From positions 1-64,000 of the forward strand of contig NW_027272433.1 of NCBI RefSeq assembly GCF_040938485.1: a DNA stretch of 64,000 nucleotides, in the 5' to 3' direction. Each line of letters starts with the position of its first letter. Position 1 is the first letter of the stretch. Of this stretch, positions 1 to 11,135 are shown piece by piece. The DNA is from Diadema antillarum (Eukaryota). The notes under the pieces are model-generated. The model was not told the origin of the DNA. It saw only the letters and a program-made list of their open reading frames with translations, and did not search any database. A program made the position numbers and the translations under genes.

Positions 1-9
1 CCGTAGTGT

Positions 10-40
<31 letters not shown>

Positions 41-339
41 GGGGGAGGACAGTCAGAACTGCCAAACTGAGGAATCTTTGAAAATCTTCTTTTGTCAAAT
101 TGTTAGCAATAAGCTACAGTAGTATTATGTGTAATTTAGATTAGTGACTGCGTGGAAGGTGAACTTGCGATACTCAGGTGAACACGAGACCCCGGGGTCT
201 CTTGTGTTCTTCTTCTTCTTGTTAATCTGCCTCCTTTAATTCTGAAGATTCTTGCAGGTATCTGTCAGTTTTTGGGTGTGTTTGGCTATTTCTCCGGGAT
301 TTCACACTGCCCTTTGCGATAGAAGTGAAGTGAGTCCTT

Positions 340-1030
340 TTTATGTACAGCGGGTCATAGCATTCCTACACATGGGACTGACAGCTTTAAAGGACAAGTT
401 TACCTTCAGATTCATGTGGATTGGGTGAATGCATTAAGTTTTGTTGTAGAACACATTAGTCAAAGTTCGAGGAGAATCAGACAATCTGTTCAAGAGTTAT
501 GAATTTTTGAAGTTTCATTGCTATTATCTCAGGATGAGAAGACTACTATGGTTTGTGATGTCACATGCTTAAAACGATATTAAGAAAATATGAAGAGAAT
601 TCCAGAAAATTTCCTCTTTTTATAAAGGTACACATTCTCTCAACTTGATACTGATGTATGGTAAGGGTAATATCATTAACTCTTCCTTCTGAAAGAGGCA
701 AGTCAAGTCCTCTTTTATTATGTGGGAAAATGAAAATTTGTTGAATTTTCTTCATATTTTGTTTATATCGTACCACATAATCATGTGAACCACAAACTGT
801 AGCAGTCTTCTCATCCAGCAATGGCAGCATTGAAACTACAAGAATTGTCTGATTTTCTTCAAACTTTTACTGATGTGTTCTACAATAGAAATGCTGCATT
901 TATGTAATCCACACAAATATGAAGGTAAATTTGTCCTTTAAGTCTCCTTCAAAAGAATTGGCAATGAGGATAGAATGCCTTGCCAAAGGACATTACTGCC
1001 CGTTTGGGACTCAAACCTCCTCCAACGCCC
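340..1030 (-). mobile_element. Decayed tRNA-derived SINE, split by the MITE at 387-941
   Basis: B-box-like GGTTTGAGTCCC (- strand, 1006-1017). Rejoined flanks read gggactgacagc-ttaa-gtctccttc...tgccttgccaaaggac, resembling widespread invertebrate SINE2 cores. Family assignment is from memory. Confidence 0.5.
387..941. mobile_element. Kolobok/T2-type MITE
   Basis: TTAA-AGGACAAGTTTACCTTCA ... TGAAGGTAAATTTGTCCT-TTAA, with further internal inverted matches. Confidence 0.8.
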
Positions 1031-1377
1031 ACAACCGGTTTCCATTTCTGCGAATTTGGCTGGTTGACTGATATTTGCGACATTTACAGCTGGCAGAAAT
1101 TATTTCCTGTAGTAACAGAAGTGAAGTGTATATCTTTTTTTTTCTTAATGTGGGAAATCACAAATTTTTCTCATAGAAAAGTGACAAAGCCCCTCTATTC
1201 TGTCACTTTGGCTGCTGATCTCGAATGCAACTGCTTGTAAAGTTGTCTCACAAAAGCAGATTTACTCAGTCTTGTATATACTCTATTATATCATATGGTG
1301 ATATGATATTCTGTTCTGTTTTGTACATCTAAAGGAAGTGTATGTGAATTGCTGTGATCAACGAACAATCATTATGG

Positions 1378-1541
1378 CAGGGGCAGATCCAGGAATTCCA
1401 TAAAGGGGAGGCGCCTTTACAACATTAAAGGGTGGTGCAGGCGCCCCCCCCCCCAATTTTTGCTTTTTATTTCTCTTGTTTAAAAAAAAAAGATAAAGAG
1501 GGGGCGCGCGCCCGGTGCGCCCCCCTCTGGATCCGCCACTG
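1378..1541. mobile_element. GC-rich MITE (CAGGGGCAGATCCAG...CTGGATCCGCCACTG)
   Basis: Terminal inverted repeats; target duplication ATTATGG on both sides; second copy at 60218-60378. Confidence 0.8.
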
Positions 1542-2001
1542 ATTATGGCATACATTTGTTTTCACATTTAGGGCCATATTCATATCTCTTTGTTGTCAAA
1601 ATATTGTATCATATAAAAGAATAGTTTTGAGTGGGAAAAAGCCTTCTTGAATTATAGTCTTCTGAAAAGTATTCATTCTAATAACTTGAGCACCTTAAAG
1701 TGCCTGTTGTTCAAAGCCCATAGATATCATGCATACGTAGGATAATCTTAAATGGTCTTGATAAGTGATATTTCTGTGGGTTTTGGGTTTTTTCTTTTTG
1801 GTTGTGTGGGATTTACTTTTTATTCAAAAGAGCGATTGGCATGCTAAGCTCCCATAATGTAAGGTGTTCATCCATCATTTTTTTTTTCTTATTAGTTGTT
1901 TTAGATATACTCTTTATTCTAAAGATTGATTGGTATGCTAAGCTCCCACGATGTAAGGTGTTGATCCTCCACCAACATTTCTTGCTCTTTCCTTCTTCCA
2001 G

Positions 2002-2142
2002 GTAAGCGGGACTATGTGAAGACGGAGAGAATGCGGCCATACTCCGGTGACAGGGAGCCCCAACTGGTCCTGAGCACAGAGTACCGGTCCTACAGGGTCA
2101 ACATGCTGCACAGGCTCCGCCCAGCGACAGAGATTCAGCTAG
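2002..2142 (+). CDS. MAPKAP1: SIN1 coding exon (PH domain start)
   Basis: ttccag|GTAAGCGG...CAGCTAG|gtcggt; 141 nt, phase 1-1; [46 protein letters not shown]. Confidence 0.9.
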
Positions 2143-5100
2143 GTCGGTCTTATTCATAGTTTAAAGGGATGGTACAGTATTGGTGGAGATGAAAATTGGG
2201 CTTTAACTTTTTCGCGAGATACATGTACCAAGAAAACACTTATGAAATAGTACAGAGCATACCATTTAAAGAGGAATTCAAAGTTTATTTGATGAAAATG
2301 AGATTTGGAATAGCTGAAACATCCAAAAGCAAAGTAAAACAACACGATCGTAATAAAATGTGGGTCCCAAACTTTATTAGGATCACTCTGTTTTGGATAT
2401 CTCAGTCATTTCTGAATCAATTTTCATCAAATAAAAATTGAAATCCTCATGGAATTACATGCTCTTTCATATTTCATAAGAGGTTTCTAACTATATCACC
2501 AAAAAAAAAAAAAAATGATAAAAACCTGAAGTTAAGTCTCAACTAAAACTATACGATCCCTTTAAGTCGACGCTGCTGTAAGGCTGCATATTAATAGCAG
2601 GAAGCTCCATTGATGTTCCGACAATGAGTGATTTCAAGTTCAGTGTTAGTGCTAGTGCTATCTCCCAAACAATGGCCTTAAATCGAACTCCCAACACCGA
2701 CGGTCAGATTAACGCAACGATACCGATCACAATTATCGATCCCTAGCACTAGGGGGTTGGGATCACAGCACCGCAATGTCTACAACGAAAAAAATGATTG
2801 CATGTGATTACAGTCAAATATCAACAGATGTAACCATGACTGCTTAGATTTAGACACATAATGAGGAAGACTGATTAGAATGCCACAAATTTCATCCCTT
2901 CTCAAAAATACAACGGTCTAATAATTTAACTCCCAGGCTCAGATTTAGTAGCCATGTCTAGAGTGTCCATGTACGTTATGTGGACGACCATTGCATTAGC
3001 ATACTAGACTTTTAGGTGCATGTATTATGGAAGTGAATGTGAATCTCATACAGCAATGCTAACACCAGCACCAAACTTGAAATGACGGAAATGATAATCC
3101 CTCGGGGCTAGTGTTAACCAATTGGAAAAAAGCGTGTAAAGTGCTAACACAAACGGCGGAGCTTGGTTCAGCAGACGAAATTCAACACCGAGCCCAGCAC
3201 CAGCAACCGGAAATGCGTCATAATTTTGCGGTCAACCTCCCAGCACCGACTGCTTTTAAGTTCGGTTTTATAGCCAGTGCTAGTGCTGAGATAGAACTGG
3301 CACTAGCACGAGCACCGAACTTGAAATCACCCAATGTGACCCAAGATTTAAATTTGATTTTGAATAGAGAGAGATTGAGAGTAACACCTTGTGGCATTAT
3401 TTAGTCCACTGAAGAACTGACTTGAAAGACCCATAAATGGCTCGTGCTCTCACCAAGGAGGTAACTCTAAGGCCCCATTTCATAAAAGGTGTAAGGATAG
3501 CAACTCTTGCTGGAATGGCAACCTCCCATAGCAACAGCCAGTCAGGAAGCTGGATTCTTATCATTACCATGACAATTGCCATTCCAGCAAGAGTTGCTAT
3601 CATATTAACTTTTTCTATGAAATGGGGCCCAAGAGACGTCACAGAGGCATTTTCATGACCAGTGAGACTTTGATTACCACTAGGTTGCTACCTAGTCTGT
3701 AGGCCAATGAGATACCCACTTAAGGTGTACTCCTTGGCCACGCCCACAATGTCGTATGCTTCCACAAATGGGTTCCCATGACAACATAGCCTTGACGGTA
3801 GGCAGAGCTACTTATGTATCACTTTCTGTGACTTAGACTGATGAGCCCTACAAAGGTTCTAATTTTGCCTCTAATATTCTAGAAGAAAAAAAAACCCATG
3901 CATTGTACTTACATGATAGATATAATATGATATAGGATTTAAGACTGGAAAATCATTGTGTGAAAACTGGGCATAACAATACATATTTTGCGGGTTCTCT
4001 ATGTTCATTGCATTTTTATATTGTTAGGTTATTTTATTTGAAAAAAAAAAAGGAGGGTTACTGTGCATGCTTTTGCCTCTTTATATTTCATAGACAATCT
4101 ATGTTTTGGAGTCGATTTTTGTTGTGTGACATTTCTAACATTTATCTAGCATCACTTCTAACTGCAGATTTTATTATTGTAGTCTTTCATTTATTCATCT
4201 ATATTTGGGGCTTACTTGGAGTCTTTTTTCATAATGTTTACTGGGAGCTATTCCCGGCTGGGGATAACGCAGGAAATTTTGAAAATTAGTCTCCAGCCGA
4301 CACAGTGGGGAAAAAAAATGGTTCACACATAATTGATCCAGCATGCTCAGAGGAGCCCCACTGAGAATCATTGGACGGTTTGTTTTCTCTCGAGACATGA
4401 CTCAATGTGTCAACCATCTACACATAGGCCTCTGAGAGTGTCCAATCATGAAAAGTTATTATCATCATGTTATTTTGCTTGCTTTTTTTTTCGCACATTG
4501 CGTCTGCAGAAATGTGACCATAAGATATGTAAAGAAGAATTAACCGCAAAAACAGAACTTTTGAATTGCAAGACATTATCAGAGAAATTTATTCATCCTT
4601 TTATGCATCTGTATTACAGGCAGTTTTCATTACCAGACAGGGATAAAACCTACATGAATGCGCAGCTGACCCGTGGTACAAAAGTTTGTCTTGTGTAACC
4701 TGTTCCATACAGGGACCGTGTTTGCCATATACTGAGTATTAGACCAAATGGGAAAGTGCAATATCTGGCAATCAATGGCTTAGCTAACCTTCCTAAGAAA
4801 ACTTACAACAAATTTCTTCCTATGAAGGATACATAAGGTTTAATGATCAAATTTCAGTTTCACATATTTTTTTTTTCTCTTTTTACATTCATTGTGTTTT
4901 AGAAAACAGAATCGCAGCATTAATGGATATTAGTGTTGCGTCAAGAAAGCAATGGTTAGGTCTCTATGCAATTTATAAGTGAGGGTTATAGTAGATTACC
5001 GGTATTTTTGTGTCAATATGCCAATTATGGAGGTTTTGATATTGTAGTGTCACAATCATTTCAATAGCTTTAAGTTTGTCATTTATTCTCTGTCACTTAA

Positions 5101-8100
5101 ATGTACTGACCTATAAAAGTCAGACTGGCTCAGATTTGAAAAAAAAAAAAATTGTAAAATCAGTGAAAGTGGCCAGAGAATGATATCCTTGGATTTCTAG
5201 GTCTCTTGAACATGTGGAATAGATGTTTGCTAAACTAGTTTATTGCTCACGCTGAAGATTTTTTTTTCTTTCAATTCTAACTTTTAGTTTTATGTGATGA
5301 GGTAAAGATTTCCAAATTTTGAGGTTTAGATGATTTGAAAGATGTTAATGCATTGCACATGAGTGGAGGAAATTTAGAACGGTCAGAGATTTGAGTGAGA
5401 GCATTGCCCTTTGATTTGGCTCATCGATTTCATACTTCAAAGAGAGGGCATGAGAGAGCTACGCCCCCCTTCACATTTTCTGTCCCCTGTTTCTGTTTTG
5501 CACACCGGGCGCGTCCAATTCACGCTTCACACGCTCTCCTGTGTGCGCAAAGAGAACAGCTGCGAGCGATTGCTGAAGTGTCAGAGTGTTCACAAACTAA
5601 AAGCGTCATTTCATATGGATCTGATCTAGGCGTGTATGTTTGACGTAAAATGATGCAAGCACGCAAAATATTCAAGGAACACTAACTGGTTAGGGAAAAA
5701 ACAAAGTTGGCATTGGAGATGATAGTATGTGAGGTCAGCGTGTGAGTAAAATTTAAGCAAATTTAGAGAAATAGTGGAAGACTGTTCTACAGCTCATTGA
5801 CATCTTCTAATGACCATCATATTAGGACTGGGTTTGTTAGGACTGGGTTTCCACTTTTATACACATTTATAGTTCTACTTTTCATTTCATGTTAAGTTTG
5901 AAATGTCTCACCGTGACATACACTGTAAAGTAAAAAAAAAAATAGATTTGTCATTACTGTTCAAAGAATACAGGACATGGATAGTGAGGACTTATATCTA
6001 TATCAGGATAGCCAAGAGAATAATGTTCTTGTTTGTCTTAATAAGGGTTGAAAGGAGTATCATACAGATTATATGACAGTCCATTAGCCCACCAGCTCTC
6101 AGAAGTCACATTTCTGTTGTTTGGTGCTTATTTTGTTATTGTGATTTACTATTCATCGTTTGTGTTTCATGAGATATAATAGAATCATCTTCATTCCTTT
6201 TCATTTGAGCCCTGTTTTAATGATACAAAGTGGTTTATCATAGTCACAGAATCATTGACAAGCCTCTTAATTTCCTAAATACATAACTAATCTTTAAATG
6301 GGCAATCCCGTCCAGGAGAAAATATTGTATTGATCTAAAAAAGGTATATTCTTTTTGTGTCTTTTGACTGATTTAAGCAGTTCCATTTAATCTTTCTCCT
6401 GTAGTGGATAAACAGCGAAATTCAAAGCTGCCAATTTGGTCATGGCAAGAAGATTTTTTGAGCAAAAAATAAAAGGTTAGATGATTTAATTAAGACGCAG
6501 ATGAAATACCATGCCAACTTTTTTTTTTCATATACTCATGTTGGAACATCCATTCCACACTTTATTCTTCTGTTTTGATCACGTTTTTAAAATGAGGTAT
6601 TTTTATTGCTGCATTTGTGTTACCAAAATGAAATACTTTTCTAATTCAAATTTAGGAACTGATTTTCTTCAAGTCATCTAAAGTAAAAGTGCAGGACTAC
6701 TCAGTGTTTTTCTTTAAATGGGGTTTGTGTGAAATTCAGGGACTATTTTTTCTTCAGGATTCAGCGTTGTTTGGCAGGATGAAGGAAACAGAGCTAATGC
6801 AAACAGTGACAATGGCATCGTGATTAGTTTCGATCCAACCTAAACCACCCTTTGGTGTAAAAAAAGAGAGAATTCTGACAAATGATGCCGTGCGTGGGGG
6901 AAATGAATTCGTACAGGCCGTGTGCCGTGGAGCAGGGCATGACATGCAGGCAAAGTCGGCCAGACGCTGTCAGAGAGGGACGCAGAGCTGCGTGATACAA
7001 ATTGAAATCTCTCCCCGTCCCGTGATGTTTGCGCACTCTTTGTCACATTTTGTTTGTTCCTTTGTCCCGCCTGATCTCTGTTCGTAATCAGCTTTTATTG
7101 ACAACACGTGGAATTCATACATGAGGAAATAAGTGGGCCGACCTCTGCTTGGATTCCAGAAATGAGCTCAGGTTATGACTAAATATCTTTCCTTCCTCCT
7201 CGAAAAGAATAAGAAAGAAAACTTAGAATCCACATGAAAACAATCGAAAGGAAAAAAAGAACCACCCAAAGTGCTCAGTTTCTGTCTCTTTAAAAGACTG
7301 TATCTGACTCAGTTGTCATGTTTTCCAGCTGTTGACTGTAGTGCAACAAGAAGCAGACTGGTGATAAAATGGGTTCATACAACTTGTATAACTTATAACT
7401 TTTGTGAGATAGATGCATTATACATTTCAATATGTGAAACACAGACCAGTGATTAATGGGTGAGTTAAATTTTTCCAGTTTGGTGAAGCATATATACACA
7501 TACATATAAATATATAGATATATATATATTTTTTTTTTCTGTATAGATGGAGGAATAAAACACAAGAATGAGGTGTGCGATTTTTGCATAGAGGAAGACG
7601 ACTTTGTCTTTTTGTACATCATATGAAAGGATCATATCAGCACAATTACCTTCCAAGGACAATTCCTTCCCTCCCCCCTTGGCTAAATACCCGTTGGTGA
7701 TTGGGTTAGAGTAAAGATTAGGGGAAGGATTAGGGGAAGGGGAAGGCTCTTGGGTGATTCTTGATGTGGTAATTGTCGCAGAACCGAAAGGACGGTGTCA
7801 AGAATGATGCGAAATGGGTTTTATCTTTATTTTTAATGAAAAGGTACTTTTCATATGTCATAGGAGGAAGATTGATGACTGACTGTGGGAGAAGATTTCT
7901 AATTGACTATGGGATAGACAATACATGCATATTCATATCCAAGTTGCAATGTTAGTTTATGGCTGTAATCTTTCTAATTGTCAAGTAATGACAAAATGCA
8001 ATAAGTGCCTCCAAAGAGTTTTTGTGCAAGGCTGGCATGATGCCATTTCTTGGTGTCTGAATTATTATCCCCATGATTGAACTACAAATTGTAAGACCTC

Positions 8101-8858
8101 TCAGTTATGCTGACATGAAAATGAAAAATGTATTCCCTATTTTTCACAAAATTAAGTTGGTTTCTCATGAGAAGGGGTTTTTTGTACAATAGTCTATGAC
8201 CAGAAACCATTTATGCTTCTACAGAACATGAAATATCCTACTTTGATGGTGGCAGATTTTGTTTGTTAAATCCCCAAACAATGTTTTCCAGTTTTATGGA
8301 ATGTACAAGTCTACTGCAATGTGTAAAATGTGTACAGCATTGTCTTTAACCCGTTGAGGACAGGCCGATTTTGCTACAACACACATTTCCCATAGACACC
8401 TGCCCGAGTAAACTCGGGACTCGTCCTCAACAGGTTAAACTGCAGAGAGTATAGTGTTATTTATATTTCCAGTGACTTTCCTGAATATACAGAGAATCAG
8501 TGAGTGATAAAATGAAGAAAACATTGTTCCTGCAACCACATTGGTAGTGATACTGAGACCGAGTCAGTTATAACTTTTACGCTTGTAGCCTGAATATTAT
8601 GATAATCAAAGTGCACTAGATAAACCTGAAAAAGTGAAGTTGAGTGCATTCAAATTCTCATCAATGTCATCATATTGTCATCATTATCACTCAGGAATCT
8701 CGGGTGACAAGATTGAGATTGACCCCGTGGCCCAGCCCAGGACCACGCCTGCCAAGTTCTGGGGCAAGCAGAAGGCAGTCTCCATCGAGTCGGACAGGCT
8801 GGCGGCTTGCAGCGTGACCGACGAAAAACCCTCAGGTATGTGACTGGACGAAGCAGAC

Positions 8859-8905
<47 letters not shown>

Positions 8906-10491
8906 CCCCTTGGATGCGATCTATCCAGAATGTGTGTGCGCGACGTCGCAGAGCATTAAAGTGTGGCTTGCCAGCGAGTTGTTAAAGTTTCATTCGAATC
9001 ATCTCTCATCTTCTTCATAGGAGGCCAAGAGAGGGGGCTCTTTACATTTTTGTCACAATTTTTAGAGTTTTTTTTTTTTTTTCATGCCCCTCATAGTGCC
9101 CTAGTTAAGATTGGTTTGAGTGCAAAAAAAAAAAAGAAAAAGAAAAAAAAGAGCTGTTGCTGTTATGTAGAATGAACTTACTCATGTATGACAAATGATA
9201 AATTAGAGCAGCAAATGAAGTGGACAGACAGATAGAAAGATATGGAAACAGATAAATGGAAAGACATCTAGATAGAGGGATAGACAGAAAGTTAGAAAGA
9301 TGTAAAATGAAAGAGAGACTGCTGTGGATAAATAGACAGATGGATGCATGTAGATACATGTATAGATTGATAGAAAATAGTGATAGATAGAATAAATGGA
9401 TAGTATTAAATGAATAAGTATATACACGTAGGCATGATGTCTAGGTCGAAGGATAGACAGATAAACACAGATAGATCGTCCTATGTGTTTGTGAAAATGG
9501 AGTTTAAGTGGACAGTTTGTATTTGTGGATTAGTGGTGAAATTTGTTTGTATGTCTACGTGTATGTTTTTACTGAATGGTTAAATAAAATTGAATTGAAG
9601 TGAATGGAATGCAAATGAATTTAGTCTAAATACCCTGTATGAAAACTTTAGATTTCCATCTAGAATGACTTCAGGGTAACAGTTAGCAAGAGCTGGAAGT
9701 TTACCTCCATATGTAATGCGGACAAAAAAACGGGCAAATGGATGAGAGAGGCCTGTTAGTATAACATTCTAATGTCTTATAAAAGATTGCAGAAAACCAA
9801 GAACCTGAAAATAATTACACTAATTTTATTTTTGATGTAATTTCTGTATTATTTGCTGTTTAATATAATCAGAAATTACTGTAAAGATAGTGACATTGTG
9901 GGATGAAATTTTTGCGAATTGAAGCTGATGATCTTTCTCACGGCATGAAATTTTCGCAAATCGCCACTGACATTTATAGTATTGTGTAGACAAACACTTT
10001 TGTGTACATTTTACTTTCGAGAATATCGGCTCCTTTCAAAATTTGCAAAAGTTTCAGGCATGCAAGAATTTTAGGTTTTACCGTAGTCTGGCCTGTAAGT
10101 CTAACACTTTCATGCCTTATGTCTCATAAAAATTACAGAAAACCAAGAACTTGAAATGTTACATTATGTTTTTGGTGTCATTTCTGTATTCTGTGCTGTT
10201 TGATACAGTCAGAAACCTCCTAGGAACCTTGTTTGTGCTTCCCATACAGCATGTTTCACTTATTTCCGTTTGCATTCATGTATCGTTTCTGTAGGAAAAT
10301 CGACATTCCGTCTCACCTTCAAGAGTCCCAACCACGAGTTCAAGAACTACGACTTTGAGACGGGCACCAACCTGACGAAGCAGATCGTCAATCGCATCAA
10401 CCACATTCTAGACCTGCGAGCGAGTGCGGTGCGCAACGACTACACCATATGGCGAGATCGGCGGCAAAGTAGAAAGGCACACGACAAATAA
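2002..10491 (+). CDS. MAPKAP1: MAPKAP1/SIN1 (mTORC2 subunit), 3' part: last three coding exons (2002-2142, 8695-8835, 10295-10491) encoding the C-terminal PH domain; 5' exons lie left of the window
   Basis: Spliced translation ...[118 protein letters not shown]... matches vertebrate SIN1 as I recall it ([23 protein letters not shown]...KFWIKQKPISIDSD...NHDYKHLYFE...VNYILESRASTARADY). All junctions are GT-AG, phase 1. Confidence 0.95.
2161..2565. mobile_element. Kolobok/T2-type palindromic MITE, family A, copy 1
   Basis: TTAA-AGGGAT...ATCCCT-TTAA; long internal inverted repeats; 18 nt downstream of a SIN1 donor. Confidence 0.85.
2626..3332. mobile_element. PIF/Harbinger-like MITE
   Basis: TIR G(A/G)GTGATTTCAAGTTC.GTG.T.GTGCTAGTGC; 3-bp duplication AAT; internal AGCAC/GTGCT repeats. 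Confidence 0.75.
3471..3630. mobile_element. Small palindromic Harbinger-like MITE
   Basis: GGCCCCATTTCATA...TATGAAATGGGGCC; internal inverted repeat atagcaactcttgctggaatggcaa. Confidence 0.75.
7629..7785. mobile_element. Related element with TTAGGG-like core, opposite orientation
   Basis: ggatc...cacaattacc / ggtaattgtcgcagaacc ends; core gggttagagtaaagattaggggaaggattagggg. Confidence 0.5.
8346..8438. mobile_element. 93-bp piggyBac-type mini-MITE
   Basis: TTAA-CCCGTTGAGGAC ... GTCCTCAACAGG-TTAA; second copy at 62745-62837. Confidence 0.8.
8695..8835 (+). CDS. MAPKAP1: SIN1 coding exon
   Basis: actcag|GAATCTCG...CCCTCAG|gtatgt; 141 nt; [47 protein letters not shown]. Confidence 0.93.
8860..8903. 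repeat. (CT)n microsatellite
   Basis: Direct reading. Confidence 0.95.
9879..10083. mobile_element. Tc1/mariner-type MITE
   Basis: TA-CTGTAAA ... TTTACCG-TA; internal ttttcgcgaa-type repeats. Confidence 0.6.
10295..10491 (+). CDS. MAPKAP1: SIN1 terminal coding exon
   Basis: tctgtag|GAAAATCG...; [22 protein letters not shown]...RRQSRKAHDK then TAA at 10489-10491. Confidence 0.93.
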
Positions 10492-10795
10492 CAGTATTAC
10501 GATTTTTAATAGGATTGTAAGCTTTTATTCTAGATGCCAGTTTTAGAATGATTCTGTTGCTTTATATTCATACGAAAGCTGAGATACAAAAGATCCACCC
10601 ACAAGAATTGTTACCTTCATGCTATTTATGGAGCACAGGTAAAGGTATAATCATCGAAGATTACTTAATACTTTACTGTCCTTGAGACTTGGAGAGATTT
10701 TTAAAAGCAGAACCCGACTGCTCCTACCAGATGAGCCTGACACAAGAAGTGACATCCCCACCAATGAACGATCCAGCAATGCTACCTCTACCATC

Positions 10796-10998
10796 GGATC
10801 TCGGGCAATTTCCCCCTGGGCAATTACCCCGTACCCTTCCCCTGGCCTTGATCCTAATCCTAATCCTGAACCTAATCCTAACCCTAACCCAAACTCCTAA
10901 CCCTAGACCTAACCCTAACCCTAATCTTAACTCTAACTTACCACTAACTAGTGTTTAGCCGGGGGGTAACTGCCCTCTGGGGGTAATTGCCCGGATAC
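10796..10998. mobile_element. Palindromic element with internal degenerate (CCCTAA)n
   Basis: cgggcaatt(t/a)cccc twice on the left, ggggtaa(c/t)tgccc twice on the right; telomere-like repeats at about 10851-10945. Confidence 0.7.
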
Positions 10999-11077
10999 GC
11001 TACCATTTGTAGTGGTAGAATGGTGAAAAACTTAGGAGCAGAACAGACCACTCCTTGTAGAAAGCTGTCACTCCAAC

Positions 11078-11090
11078 ACATACACACACA

Positions 11091-11133
<43 letters not shown>
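11078..11133. repeat. (CA)n microsatellite
   Basis: Direct reading. Confidence 0.95.

Positions 11134-11135
<2 letters not shown>

Noticed and set aside
561-830. 89-aa minus-strand ORF
   Set aside because: Lies inside the TTAA MITE at 387-941; no recognisable domain or splice context
3838-3870. CTGATGA as a possible hammerhead ribozyme core (also TCATCAG at 46981-46987 on the - strand)
   Set aside because: No GAAA after stem II and no closing helices
10851-10945. True telomere or chromosome-fusion scar
   Set aside because: Repeats are short, degenerate and enclosed by inverted arms of a dispersed element
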